Shown here one piece after another: positions 54,853 to 64,000 of a DNA stretch of 64,000 bases (the first letter of the stretch is position 1; each line of letters begins with the position of its first letter). The stretch covers positions 8,237 through 72,236 of the forward strand of contig JABFSA010000085.1 in NCBI GenBank assembly GCA_013140775.1, read 5' to 3'. Origin of the DNA: Acidobacteriota bacterium (GTDB lineage: Bacteria > Acidobacteriota > Vicinamibacteria > Vicinamibacterales > UBA2999). The notes under the pieces are model-generated. The model saw only the letters and a program-made list of their open reading frames with translations, was not told where the DNA came from and made no database searches. The position numbers and the translations under genes were made by a program.

Positions 54853-56262
54853 CTAGCGCTCCCAGCCGGTCCAGTCCAGCCGGTGCTGCCGGCGCAAATC
54901 CCGCATCACACCGGGATACACGCCGTGACGACGGCCTGTTTCCGAGGCAGCGACAAGGGCCGTTCTGATGCCTTCTGCCGCGGTTCGCACCTCGCCGAGC
55001 CACGTCTCGCAGTTGTAGGCGGAGGTTGCCACGATCCGTACGCCGTTGGGTTCGAACACGGCGAACCAGCTGCGATCGCCGACACGCGCAGCGCTGACCA
55101 GGCAGCTCTTCGAATAGCGATCCCAGTAATCGTCGATCTGGGCCGCGCTCCGGACGGCCTGCTCGAGGGTTCGGCGATACTCGGTTTCTCCGCGTTCTCG
55201 CAGGTCGCTCGTCTCGGATGAGCCGTTCATCATCCGGTTGAGGTCCTGCGCGGGTGTAGCTGCGGCCGTGAGGGGCGCATTGCCCTGAAGCAGCTCGGTT
55301 CCGTGGTCGATCGCCACCGCGAACGCGAGACCCTCACTCCCTTGGGCGCCGTTGACCCTCATCGAATTGACGCCGACGACAGTACCGTCGCGATCGACGA
55401 GCGGGCCACCGCTGTTGCCGGGGTTGATGGCGGCATCCGTCTGGATGAGCAGCACCGACCGTGTCGTACGCAAGGCGCTGACGATACCGCGGGTGACGGT
55501 GTTCGAAAGCACGCCGAGCGCGAACCCCACCGCAATGACTTCCTGCCCGGCGCGTACGCTCCTGCCGGATCCCAGGCTGAGGTACGGTTGCTGCGGATCG
55601 GCGTTGTAGACCTGGATCAGCGCGAGGTCGGTTCCGGGGGACAGACGAACGACGCGACCTTGATACTGCTTCGCAGCGGTCTGGATGCGAACCGTGCTCT
55701 CACTGCCCACCACATGAGCGTTCGTCAGGAGGGAGTCGCTGCGCACGAAGAATCCGGTGCCCCTGCCTGAACCCGCCTGAATAGAGGCGACAGCGGGAAG
55801 GACACGCGCGACGACATCCTCCAGCGAGCGGGCAGATGTTGATGAGTCACTCACATCAGCACCACCTCCGGTCCCGAGTATCCTCCCGGTCGAGGCAGGT
55901 TCGGGCACGTCATCTGGTGGTTCCGATTCAGCTGCCAGGTCTTCGGGCCGATCGTCGGTCGCGGGTTCAAGGCTCGAACGTCGGTCCTGAACACCTGTCG
56001 CAGTGCTGCCAGGCTGGTCGGATTGCAACAACGAGAAGCCGAGCGCAGCGATGATCAGCCCCGCCAGCAGCCCTGCGAGTAGCAGCCGGACGCTGGAACC
56101 TGATGACGAGGTCGCTTCGGGTTCGGCAGGTGGCGGCTCAGCGTCGTGCGGCACCGCACTCGAAGTATCAATGGCAGGCCGCTCCAGGCCGCAGCGACAG
56201 GTGTCGATGCGGATAGGCACCTGCCGGCTGCACGAAGGACAACGCCAGACGTGGGCGCTCAT
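54853..56262 (-). CDS. membrane-anchored trypsin-like (S1C/HtrA-like) serine protease with N-terminal zinc ribbon and unknown C-terminal domain
   Basis: The Cys4 ribbon is WRCPSCSRQVPIRIDTCRCG. There is one TM helix (LLLAGLLAGLIIAALGFSLL). The catalytic triad context is TNAHVV, DLALIQV and INPGNSGGPLV. The C-terminal ~150 aa are unassigned. Confidence 0.8.
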   Translation of the reverse strand: MSAHVWRCPSCSRQVPIRIDTCRCGLERPAIDTSSAVPHDAEPPPAEPEATSSSGSSVRLLLAGLLAGLIIAALGFSLLQSDQPGSTATGVQDRRSSLEPATDDRPEDLAAESEPPDDVPEPASTGRILGTGGGADVSDSSTSARSLEDVVARVLPAVASIQAGSGRGTGFFVRSDSLLTNAHVVGSESTVRIQTAAKQYQGRVVRLSPGTDLALIQVYNADPQQPYLSLGSGRSVRAGQEVIAVGFALGVLSNTVTRGIVSALRTTRSVLLIQTDAAINPGNSGGPLVDRDGTVVGVNSMRVNGAQGSEGLAFAVAIDHGTELLQGNAPLTAAATPAQDLNRMMNGSSETSDLRERGETEYRRTLEQAVRSAAQIDDYWDRYSKSCLVSAARVGDRSWFAVFEPNGVRIVATSAYNCETWLGEVRTAAEGIRTALVAASETGRRHGVYPGVMRDLRRQHRLDWTGWER

Positions 56263-56268
56263 GAATGA

Positions 56269-57108
56269 TCAGGGTCCAGGACCTCTCTGGGTATCGGGAA
56301 GCACACCCCGAAGCTTGAGATACAGCCTGAGTGGTCCGACCAGGCCCGGGTGATGCTTGCCGTAGAAGGCCAGCTGGCTTCGCCGGTAGGCAGAGGCGGT
56401 CGCCGTGGGAGCAGACATCGCGGACCGTCCCCGGAGATGCCGAACCTCGACACCTGCCTCGAAGAGCACCTTGCGCCCACGGGCCCGAATGCCGGCGCAG
56501 AAGTCGACGTCCTCGGTGTACATGAAGTACCGCTCATCCAGAAGTCCGACGGCCTTGGCGTCCGCCCGACGGACCAGGAGGCACGCACCGCTGACCCAGT
56601 CCACCTCTCGCGACTCCCGGGTAATCCGGTGAACGTAGGTGCTGATCAACGGGATCCCGCGAGCGTGCCCTTTCACCAGGATCTTCTGTCGAAGCTCAGC
56701 AAGGGGCGTGATCATGGCGCCGAACGACAGCTCAGGACGGCCATCCTCGTCGATCAGTCGAGGACCGACCACGGCGGCGTCATGTCGAGCATCGAGATGG
56801 CCGACGAGTGCATCGGTCGCTCCTCGCGGCACGACCGTATCCGGGTTCAACAGGAGGAGGAGCTCGCCGGACGATTGCCGAATGCCGGCATTGTTGGCTG
56901 CCGCAAATCCAATGTTGGCGCCCGGCTCGAGCACACGCACCGCTGGCCAGTTGCCCCGCACGAGTTCAACGGTGCCGTCCTGAGATGCGTTGTCCACGAC
57001 GAGGACTTCGTGCTCGATCCTGGGTGGGTACGCGGTCAGCGACCGGAGACACGCGTCGATGTGACCGGTCGAGTTGTACGTGACGATGATTATCGTGAGG
57101 CGCGGCAT
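56269..57108 (-). CDS. glycosyltransferase family 2
   Basis: Motifs are LTIIIVTYNS, VVDNASQDGT and a DxD-like LIDEDG. Confidence 0.85.
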   Translation of the reverse strand: MPRLTIIIVTYNSTGHIDACLRSLTAYPPRIEHEVLVVDNASQDGTVELVRGNWPAVRVLEPGANIGFAAANNAGIRQSSGELLLLLNPDTVVPRGATDALVGHLDARHDAAVVGPRLIDEDGRPELSFGAMITPLAELRQKILVKGHARGIPLISTYVHRITRESREVDWVSGACLLVRRADAKAVGLLDERYFMYTEDVDFCAGIRARGRKVLFEAGVEVRHLRGRSAMSAPTATASAYRRSQLAFYGKHHPGLVGPLRLYLKLRGVLPDTQRGPGP

Positions 57109-58190
57109 GTCGAAGCGCTGACGAGAGTATCGAGCACCTGGGCGGCGCAGGTGGTCCAGGAATAGCGGGCGAGCACGGCGCGGCTCGCCGCCATGATGCG
57201 TTGACGCTCCCGCTCGTCAGACAGCACGCGTTCGAGCGCCTGCTCGATGAGCGATGGCTCCGGCCGACTCACATAGAGGGCAGCGTCAGCGTAGATTTCC
57301 CTCGCCACGGGAGTATCGAGCACGACGATGGGCACACCGGCCGCGAGCGCCTCGAGCGGGGTGAGACCCGCGCCTTCATACGAGGACAGAAACACGAACG
57401 CGCCAGCCGACTGATACAGCGCGCCTAACTCTGCGTCGGACACAAACGACCGGATGCCGATTCGGGACGCAACGCCTGTGGCAGTGGCGAGCTCTTGAAC
57501 ATCGATACGCGGAGTCATTCGATTGTCGCCGACGATCTCGAGACGGACATCACTCCTTCGCCCGGCCAGAGCGGCGAAACCGGACATGAGCTCAGGAATG
57601 TGCCGCCGGCTGAACAGCGACCCCACGTAAAGAACCAATTGAGGTGAGCCCACCGCGGGACGAGGAGCAGGAACACCTGAAGGTGCGTCGATGCCGATGT
57701 ACACGACAGAAATCTGTCCGGCCTCGACGCCAAGGTGATGTGCGATTTCCCGCTTCGAAAATTCAGAGATCGTCAGGACTCGAGTGGCCCGCCGGGCAGA
57801 GAGCCGCGTGAGTACCCGTCGCCGCAGACCTTCCCGTCCTGGAAACCACTCAGGGTGGGCCGCGAACGAGACATCGTGAATGGTGAGGACATACGGGACG
57901 GACAGGAACAAGGGCGCGGTGTAGGCCGGAGCAAACAGGACATCGGCCCCGGCCTGCCGTGCCAGGCGAGGGAGAGCGGTCTGTTCCCACCACGTGCCGG
58001 CCCCGTGTGCCACCCGTACCTCGTGGCCGATCGTCGCGCTGGCGCCATCCAGAGGAGCGGGAGCGCAGAGGATGAACTCGTGCGCCCCGGCTGCCGGGAG
58101 CGTGCGCCAGGTGTCCAGCAGTCCCGAGAGGTAGCGACCCACACCGGTCGGCTTTCCGAGAAGCTCACGGGCGTCGATGGCGATTCTCAT
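57090..58190 (-). CDS. glycosyltransferase family 4
   Basis: MRIAIDAREL N-terminus. The EX7E region is SSYEGAGLTPLEALAAGVPIV. Confidence 0.85.
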   Translation of the reverse strand: MRIAIDARELLGKPTGVGRYLSGLLDTWRTLPAAGAHEFILCAPAPLDGASATIGHEVRVAHGAGTWWEQTALPRLARQAGADVLFAPAYTAPLFLSVPYVLTIHDVSFAAHPEWFPGREGLRRRVLTRLSARRATRVLTISEFSKREIAHHLGVEAGQISVVYIGIDAPSGVPAPRPAVGSPQLVLYVGSLFSRRHIPELMSGFAALAGRRSDVRLEIVGDNRMTPRIDVQELATATGVASRIGIRSFVSDAELGALYQSAGAFVFLSSYEGAGLTPLEALAAGVPIVVLDTPVAREIYADAALYVSRPEPSLIEQALERVLSDERERQRIMAASRAVLARYSWTTCAAQVLDTLVSASTCRASR

Positions 58191-58212
58191 AGCGGGCGAG
58201 TCTCACTCGTGC

Positions 58213-59325
58213 TCATGCGGCGTGCCTTGCCACGGCCTCGGTGTAGGCACGCCTGAGCGTCGCTGCGGCCGCATCCCAGTTGAACGCGCGTGCCCGCTCC
58301 AATCCTGCTGCGGCCCATCGCATCGCCACATCGGCGTCATCGATGAGCGGCACCAGCGCTGCCGCGATGTCGTCAGGCTGGGCCGGGTCCACGATCATCC
58401 CGCCCGTGCCCACCACTTCAGGAAGTGCTCCGCGATTCGACACGACGACAGGAACACCAGCGGACATGGCTTCGAGCACCGGCAGCCCGAAACCTTCGTC
58501 GAGAGAGGGCAGGATGAGTGCACGGGCACCAGCAAAGAGCCGCTCACGTTCGGATTCTGCAACGTATCCCAGCAGCTCGACGTGTCCCGCAAGAGGAGGC
58601 GCCGCAATCTGCGCAAGCCATCGGGCCGCTTCAGGGGTCGAGCGGCCGGCGATGACAAGCTTCGGCACGTTGGTCCGCATGCGAAGCAGGACAGTGTACG
58701 CATCGAGCAGTGCGCCCAGGTTCTTGCGCGGCTCGAGCGTGCCGACAAACAGCAGGTATCCATCGAGCGGCACGTTCGGGGCATGGCCGAGCGTTCGCCA
58801 CGACGGCGCGCCTGGACTGCACACGTAGATCCGGTCTGCCGGCACGTCCAGGCGTTCGCTGACGAGACGCTTCACGTGATGCGATGGCGTGATGATCGCA
58901 TCCGCGCATCGTGCATGGTGCGAGGCCAGCCGGGGATAGTCACGACGGATTTCCGCGCTCGTGCTCTCAGGGTGGTTCAGAAAGAAGAGGTCATGAATCG
59001 TCACGACCTGCGCCGCCCGGCGAGCCGGAATCAACAAGGGGTGAAACGCATGGACCACGTCGAAGTCGCCGGCCAGGCTCTCGACCGGCGGCCACCCTGC
59101 GCGATGCCAGAGCAGGTTCAGGACCTGAACCGGAATGCGTCGGTCCACCACTTCGACACCCAGTTCGGCTGCCAGGCCCGGCCGGGGCCGGTCCTTCCAT
59201 GAACTTGAAAAGAGGGTGACTTCACCAGCGTGCGCCTTCGCGTAGGTCGCCACGAGGTGATGCAAGTACTCGCCGACTCCTGTGCGTTCCCTCAGCGCAG
59301 GCCGGTAGTCGGCCAGAATACGCAT
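58213..59325 (-). CDS. glycosyltransferase family 4
   Basis: The EX7E region is PSLDEGFGLPVLEAMSAGVPVV. This is the first gene of the minus-strand operon. Confidence 0.85.
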   Translation of the reverse strand: MRILADYRPALRERTGVGEYLHHLVATYAKAHAGEVTLFSSSWKDRPRPGLAAELGVEVVDRRIPVQVLNLLWHRAGWPPVESLAGDFDVVHAFHPLLIPARRAAQVVTIHDLFFLNHPESTSAEIRRDYPRLASHHARCADAIITPSHHVKRLVSERLDVPADRIYVCSPGAPSWRTLGHAPNVPLDGYLLFVGTLEPRKNLGALLDAYTVLLRMRTNVPKLVIAGRSTPEAARWLAQIAAPPLAGHVELLGYVAESERERLFAGARALILPSLDEGFGLPVLEAMSAGVPVVVSNRGALPEVVGTGGMIVDPAQPDDIAAALVPLIDDADVAMRWAAAGLERARAFNWDAAAATLRRAYTEAVARHAA

Positions 59326-59391
59326 GGACCCGTTATGATAGCGTCTGCGGTTGCGAGGCGAACGGTTGACGACAACTCTTGGTGAACGCGG

Positions 59392-60690
59392 ATGAAAATT
59401 GCGGTTGTGGGCACGGGCTATGTTGGATTGGTTGCGGGCGCGTGCCTTGCCGAAAGTGGCAGCGACGTCGTTTGCGTTGATAGAGACGAAGCAAAGATTC
59501 GGACGCTTCGCCGGGGCAAGATGCCGTTCTACGAGCCAGGGCTCGAGGAACTGGTCAAACGCAACCGGCAGGAAGGCCGGCTGACGTTCACCTCCACCCT
59601 CACCAAGGCCGTCAAGGAATGCACGATCATCTTCATTGCCGTCGGCACGCCGCCAGGCGAAGACGGCTCAGCCGATGTGCAGCAGGTGCTTGGCGTCGCG
59701 CGGGATGTAGCCAAGGCGATGAACGGCTACAAGGTGATCGTGGACAAGAGTACGGTCCCGGTTGGGACCGCCGCGAGCGTTCGCGAGGTCGTCCGGCGTG
59801 AAACAACCCACCCCTTCAGTGTTGTCAGCAATCCTGAGTTTCTCAAGCAGGGCGCCGCGGTCGAGGATTTCATGCGACCCGATCGTGTCGTGATCGGCGT
59901 CGAAGATCCGCGAGCCGAAGGGCTCATGCGCGAAGTCTATTTGCCGTTTACCAGAACCGGCGCGCCCATCATGATCATGGACTGCGCCAGCGCGGAACTC
60001 ACCAAGTACGCCGCGAACGCGATGCTGGCAACCAGGATCTCGTTCATGAACGAGGTCGCCAACGTGTGCGAGCTCGTGGGCGCCGACGTCGATCACGTCC
60101 GAAAGGCGATTGGATCAGATCGGCGGATCGGCCCCTCGTTTCTGTTCCCGGGGATCGGCTACGGCGGCAGTTGTTTTCCAAAAGACGTCCAGGCGATGGT
60201 GCACTTCGCCGCGAAGAAGGATTATCAGTTTCAGATTCTTCGCGCCGTCGAATCCGTGAACGCACATCAGAAGACACGGCTCTTCACGAAGATGAAGTCG
60301 CACCTGGGCACGCTCAAGGGCAAAGTCGTGGCTGTCTGGGGCCTCGCATTCAAGCCGAGGACGGACGACATGCGCGAGGCGCCTTCGGTGACGATCATCG
60401 AGGCGCTCCTTGGAGCCGGAGCCAAGGTCCAGGCCTACGACCCCGAAGCGATCGAGGTTGCCAGACGCATCTTCGGGAACAAGGTGAGTTTCGCGGCGGG
60501 CAACTACGACGCACTCAAAGGGGCAGATTGTCTGGCGATCGTCACCGAGTGGAATGAGTTTCGCCGGCCCGACTTTGATCGCATGCGGAAAGCCATGAAA
60601 TCCCCGGTAATTTTTGACGGCCGCAACCTGTTCACGCCCGAGCAGATGAGGGAGCACGGGTTCACCTACTACTCCATTGGCCGATCCTGA
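59392..60690 (+). CDS. ugd: UDP-glucose 6-dehydrogenase
   Basis: Motifs are MKIAVVGTGYVGLV and the catalytic Cys in GYGGSCFPKD. Confidence 0.95.
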   Translation: MKIAVVGTGYVGLVAGACLAESGSDVVCVDRDEAKIRTLRRGKMPFYEPGLEELVKRNRQEGRLTFTSTLTKAVKECTIIFIAVGTPPGEDGSADVQQVLGVARDVAKAMNGYKVIVDKSTVPVGTAASVREVVRRETTHPFSVVSNPEFLKQGAAVEDFMRPDRVVIGVEDPRAEGLMREVYLPFTRTGAPIMIMDCASAELTKYAANAMLATRISFMNEVANVCELVGADVDHVRKAIGSDRRIGPSFLFPGIGYGGSCFPKDVQAMVHFAAKKDYQFQILRAVESVNAHQKTRLFTKMKSHLGTLKGKVVAVWGLAFKPRTDDMREAPSVTIIEALLGAGAKVQAYDPEAIEVARRIFGNKVSFAAGNYDALKGADCLAIVTEWNEFRRPDFDRMRKAMKSPVIFDGRNLFTPEQMREHGFTYYSIGRS

Positions 60691-61687
60691 TCGCCGCGTC
60701 GTGCTGGTCACCGGTGGCGCCGGATACATCGGCAGCCACAGCGTCAAGGCTCTTCGTGCCGCCGGGTACGACGTAGTCGTCTTCGACAATCTGTCCGCCG
60801 GCCACGCGGAAGCCACGCTCGGCGTTCCGCTCGTGCAGGGTGACATCCGGGATGTCGATGCGGTGCGTCGCGCCCTCCGCGACAGCGGGGCGTTCGCCGT
60901 CATGCACTTTGCGGCGAGGCTTGTCGTGTCCGAGTCGGTGCACGACCCCGCGGGCTACTATCACAACAACGTGACGGGCACGCTGGCAACGCTCGAGGCC
61001 ATGGCGCTCGAGGGGTGCCGGTGTTTCGTGTTCTCCTCCACGTGCGCGGTGTATGGAGAGCCGACGAGCGTGCCGCTCGTCGAGACCCACCCGACACTTC
61101 CCGTGAGCGCCTACGGCCAGACAAAACTGGCTGTAGAGCATGCGCTCCCGCACTTTGAACGCGCCTACGGCATCCGGTCGATCCGCCTGCGTTATTTCAA
61201 TGCGGCCGGCGCCGACCCGGATGGGGAGCTCGGCGAAGATCACGACCCCGAGATTCATCTCATTCCACGGGCGATTGACGCCGCCCGCGGTGGTCCGCCG
61301 TTCGAACTGTTCGGGGAGGACTATCCCACCCCCGACGGTACCTGTATTCGCGACTACGTCCACGTGGCGGACCTCGCCGACGCCCATGTTCGTGCATTGA
61401 AGCGGCTCCGCGAGGGAGGCGCGTCCGCCACGTACAACGTCGGGACCGAGCAGCCGTCATCCGTCCGCGAGGTCCTGGCGGCGGTGGAGCGGGTCACCGG
61501 TCGCGCGGTGCCATATCGATCTGCGCCGCGACGCGCGGGAGATCCCGCGGCCTTGTATGCGTCGGCCGCGCGGATTCGTGACGAGCTTGGCTGGGTGCCA
61601 CGTCGAGCACGTCTCGACACGATCGTCGAAGACGCATGGCGATGGCACGAGAGTCATCCCCACGGATACCGGATGGTGACACGCTGA
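60677..61687 (+). CDS. galE: UDP-glucose 4-epimerase
   Basis: Motifs are VLVTGGAGYIGSH and YGQTKL (YxxxK). It has a TTG start overlapping the ugd 3' end; GTG 60701 is an alternative. Confidence 0.9.
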   Translation: MADPDRRVVLVTGGAGYIGSHSVKALRAAGYDVVVFDNLSAGHAEATLGVPLVQGDIRDVDAVRRALRDSGAFAVMHFAARLVVSESVHDPAGYYHNNVTGTLATLEAMALEGCRCFVFSSTCAVYGEPTSVPLVETHPTLPVSAYGQTKLAVEHALPHFERAYGIRSIRLRYFNAAGADPDGELGEDHDPEIHLIPRAIDAARGGPPFELFGEDYPTPDGTCIRDYVHVADLADAHVRALKRLREGGASATYNVGTEQPSSVREVLAAVERVTGRAVPYRSAPRRAGDPAALYASAARIRDELGWVPRRARLDTIVEDAWRWHESHPHGYRMVTR

Positions 61688-61709
61688 CAGCAGACAGCCT
61701 GGAATCCGC

Positions 61710-63455
61710 GTGAACGTCTTTCTGCGTCTTCTCGAGTACGCGCGTCCCTACCGCGCTCGCTTGCTGGCGGCGCTGGCGGCGATGGTGCTGTACGGGGCCG
61801 CATCGGCTGGCGTCGCCGCACTCATTCAGCCGATCTTCGACGAAGTCCTTCCCAGCCGCGAAAATCTGGTCCCCATCGCTGCGGCGATCCTTGGCGTGTA
61901 TCTCGTCAAGGGTATCGCCGCCTATCTCTCCGGCTACCTGATGACCGACGTCGGGCAGCGCGTGGTGCGAGACATCCGCAACGTGCTCTTCCGCCACATT
62001 CTCGGACAGTCCGTGGCGTTCTTCTCGGAGCAGACGACCGGCAGGCTGATGTCGCGCATCACGAATGACGTCGGCCAGATTCAAAGGGTCGTGTCGGAAA
62101 CCATCGGAGATCTGACTCGAGAGTCACTGTCCCTCGTGGGATTCGGCGCCCTCCTGTTCTACTACGACGCTCGCCTCGCCATTCTGTGTCTGACAGGGGC
62201 CCCGCTCGTTGTTTATCCGCTGGTCCGGCTCGGGCAGCGGGTGCGGCGCAGTGCCCGGCGCAGCCAGGAAGCGCTGGAGCAGATGTCGCACGTCAGCACG
62301 GAAGCGATCACCGGTCATCGCATCGTGAAGGCCTTTGGAGCAGAGGAGATAGAGAATCACAAATTCGAGCGTGCCTCACAGCACCTCTACAGGACGAACA
62401 TGCGGGTGACCGGCATCCTGTCGGTGCTTCCGCCGCTCATGGAGTTCATCGGTGGGCTCGCGTTTGTGGGAGCGCTCGTGTACGGCAGCCGTGAGATCGC
62501 GTCCGGTCGCCTGTCGCCGGGCGAGTTCACCGCGTTCATCGCCGCCTTGTTCATGATGTATGCACCGGCACGGAAGCTCAGCCGAGTGAACGCCGATTTT
62601 CAGCAGGCGATGGCCGCAGGAGAGCGGATCTTCGCCGTCCTGGATTCGCACAACGAAGTTCAAGAGCGAGCCGGCGCGCACAGCCTGCCTCCATTTACCC
62701 AGCGCATCGAGTTTCGAGACGTACGATTTGCGTATCGCACCAGCACACGGGCAACCCTCGACGGCGTGAGCTTTTCAGTACCAGCGGGTCACATGCTGGC
62801 GATCGTCGGCAGGAGCGGGGCGGGGAAGACGACGCTCGTGAACCTGCTGCCGCGTTTCTATGACGTCACCGGCGGTGAGATTCGGATTGATGGCCACGAT
62901 ATTCGTGACATGACCCTCGCGTCGCTCCGGTCTCAGATCGCGATCGTCACGCAGGAGACGGTCCTTTTTGACGACACGATTGCCGCGAACATCGCGTACA
63001 GCCGGCGAGACGCAACATCCGAGCAAATCGAGGCAGCGGCGCGGGCCGCACATGCCCACGAGTTCATTGCCCACCTCGACAGGGGCTACGAGACGGTGAT
63101 TGGTGAGCGCGGACAGCGACTGTCAGGCGGGCAACGCCAGCGGATTGCCATCGCGCGGGCGATTCTTCGCGATTCGCCCATCCTCATCCTCGACGAGGCG
63201 ACCTCATCCCTCGACAGCGAGTCCGAGATGCTCGTCCAGGACGCGCTCTTCAACCTCATGAAGAATCGGACCTCGTTCGTGATCGCGCATCGACTGTCCA
63301 CGGTTCGGCGTGCTGACACCGTGGTGGTCATCGAGCGCGGACGTGTGGTCGAGTCCGGGACGCACGAGGCGCTGATGGCGGCCGGCGGCACCTATGCCAG
63401 ACTTTACGAGATGCAACTGCAGGATGAGCCTGCCGACGTCGAGGCGGAGGTATGA
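61710..63455 (+). CDS. ABC exporter, fused permease/ATPase (MsbA/PglK-like)
   Basis: 581 aa with a six-TM N-half. Walker A is GRSGAGKTT, the signature is LSGGQRQR and Walker B is ILILDEATS. GTG start 22 nt after galE. Confidence 0.9.
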   Translation: MNVFLRLLEYARPYRARLLAALAAMVLYGAASAGVAALIQPIFDEVLPSRENLVPIAAAILGVYLVKGIAAYLSGYLMTDVGQRVVRDIRNVLFRHILGQSVAFFSEQTTGRLMSRITNDVGQIQRVVSETIGDLTRESLSLVGFGALLFYYDARLAILCLTGAPLVVYPLVRLGQRVRRSARRSQEALEQMSHVSTEAITGHRIVKAFGAEEIENHKFERASQHLYRTNMRVTGILSVLPPLMEFIGGLAFVGALVYGSREIASGRLSPGEFTAFIAALFMMYAPARKLSRVNADFQQAMAAGERIFAVLDSHNEVQERAGAHSLPPFTQRIEFRDVRFAYRTSTRATLDGVSFSVPAGHMLAIVGRSGAGKTTLVNLLPRFYDVTGGEIRIDGHDIRDMTLASLRSQIAIVTQETVLFDDTIAANIAYSRRDATSEQIEAAARAAHAHEFIAHLDRGYETVIGERGQRLSGGQRQRIAIARAILRDSPILILDEATSSLDSESEMLVQDALFNLMKNRTSFVIAHRLSTVRRADTVVVIERGRVVESGTHEALMAAGGTYARLYEMQLQDEPADVEAEV

Positions 63456-63461
63456 CCGGGC

Positions 63462-64000
63462 ATGATTAGGTCCATGACCGGGTTTGCGTCCCTCACGCAC
63501 GAGGACGACCTCGCCACGGTAGACGTCACCATTCGTTCGGTGAATCATCGCTTCCTCGATTTGCAGATCCGGCTCCCGCAGTGGCTCGCGGAGCTTGAGA
63601 GCCGTGTCCGCGGCGTTCTTCAGAAGGGGCTCTCACGCGGCCGAGTCGAAGCGTCCGTCGCGGTACAACTGCGGACCGCCATGACGCCGACGGTGGAGCT
63701 CGACGTGAATTTCGTGGAGGTGCTGGCGGCGGCGTTCGATGAGGTACGAGCTCGCGGGCTCGTGTCCGGCACGCTCACACCAGGCGATCTACTGAGAATC
63801 CCTCAAGCCGTCTCGATTCGTGAACGGGCCGCCGATAAGACAGCCGCGGAGGTCAGCCGGGTTGGCGGCAGCGTCGAGGCATCCGTCGAGCGCGCAGTCG
63901 CGGAACTCGATGCGATGAGGGTCCGAGAGGGTGTTCACCTCCGCGCGGATCTCGATGCACGGCGCGTCACGCTTGGGGGCATGATCGAACGTGTGGCGCT
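63462..64000 (+). CDS. yicC: YicC-family protein (3' end outside the window)
   Basis: My translation from ATG 63462 reads MIRSMTGFASLTHEDDLATVDVTIRSVNHRFLDLQIRLP..., the typical YicC N-terminus. It is not in the ORF track because it runs off the right edge. Confidence 0.85.
   Translation, partial: MIRSMTGFASLTHEDDLATVDVTIRSVNHRFLDLQIRLPQWLAELESRVRGVLQKGLSRGRVEASVAVQLRTAMTPTVELDVNFVEVLAAAFDEVRARGLVSGTLTPGDLLRIPQAVSIRERAADKTAAEVSRVGGSVEASVERAVAELDAMRVREGVHLRADLDARRVTLGGMIERVA

Noticed and set aside
58177-59202. 341-aa plus-strand ORF opposite the GT4 gene (similar cases at 60115..60903, 60662..61387 and 56350..57165)
   Set aside because: All lie antisense to genes with strong family motifs (EX7E, GxGxxG) and have the Arg/Gly/Pro-rich bias of non-coding frames in high-GC DNA.
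1-64000. Scan for tRNA, rRNA, tmRNA, RNase P, CRISPR repeats, transposase or integrase genes and long direct or inverted repeats
   Set aside because: I saw no T-loop (GGTTCGAAT-like) context, no regularly spaced repeats and no mobile-element genes. The only extended similarity is between the two GH99-like paralogs. An eye scan cannot exclude small structured RNAs, so cmscan and tRNAscan-SE should be run.

Overview
The window is a GC-rich chromosomal segment (mid-60s % by eye, not computed). It holds about 60 tightly packed protein-coding genes on both strands, many joined by 1-4 nt stop/start overlaps. I found no rRNA, tRNA, CRISPR array, transposase, integrase or phage gene. All family assignments come from motifs I recognise in the supplied translations or in my own hand translations; no database search was run.

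The gene content suggests Acidobacteriota (inference). The evidence is a TIGR03436-type VWFA protein, a TIGR02999-like ECF sigma factor coupled to a Ser/Thr kinase, and many exported NHL/beta-propeller and cytochrome-c fusion proteins.

Housekeeping blocks:
- hemE-hemY-arginase
- pepF, rpiB, glgA
- trxA-trxB
- mnmA plus a cysteine desulfurase
- a bactofilin
- an acyl-CoA dehydrogenase followed by glpX
- hflX, pgsA

The right-hand part (50.2-63.5 kb) is a polysaccharide or glycoconjugate locus. It encodes UXS, a priming phosphoglycosyltransferase, four GT4 and one GT2 glycosyltransferases, an embedded membrane serine protease, a divergent ugd-galE pair and an MsbA/PglK-like ABC exporter.

Candidates for something undescribed:
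1. A Zn-metallopeptidase-like / ATP-grasp / exported methyltransferase operon (17.5-20.4 kb).
2. A nuclease-fold protein with a histone-H1-like tail, coupled to two unknown genes (26.0-28.0 kb).
3. An orphan SPPY DNA methyltransferase preceded by a small Cys/His protein (30.8-31.9 kb).
4. Tandem membrane-anchored paralogs with DUF4214-like repeats and a GH99/WbsX-like domain (45.6-48.3 kb).
5. An ECF-sigma / kinase / CDP-alcohol-phosphatidyltransferase / secreted-protein operon (7.7-11.3 kb).
6. A stand-alone promoter, micro-ORF and terminator unit in a GC-poor gap (7.47-7.68 kb).

Two genes (an NHL protein and hemY) encode essential N-terminal sequence upstream of any canonical start codon.
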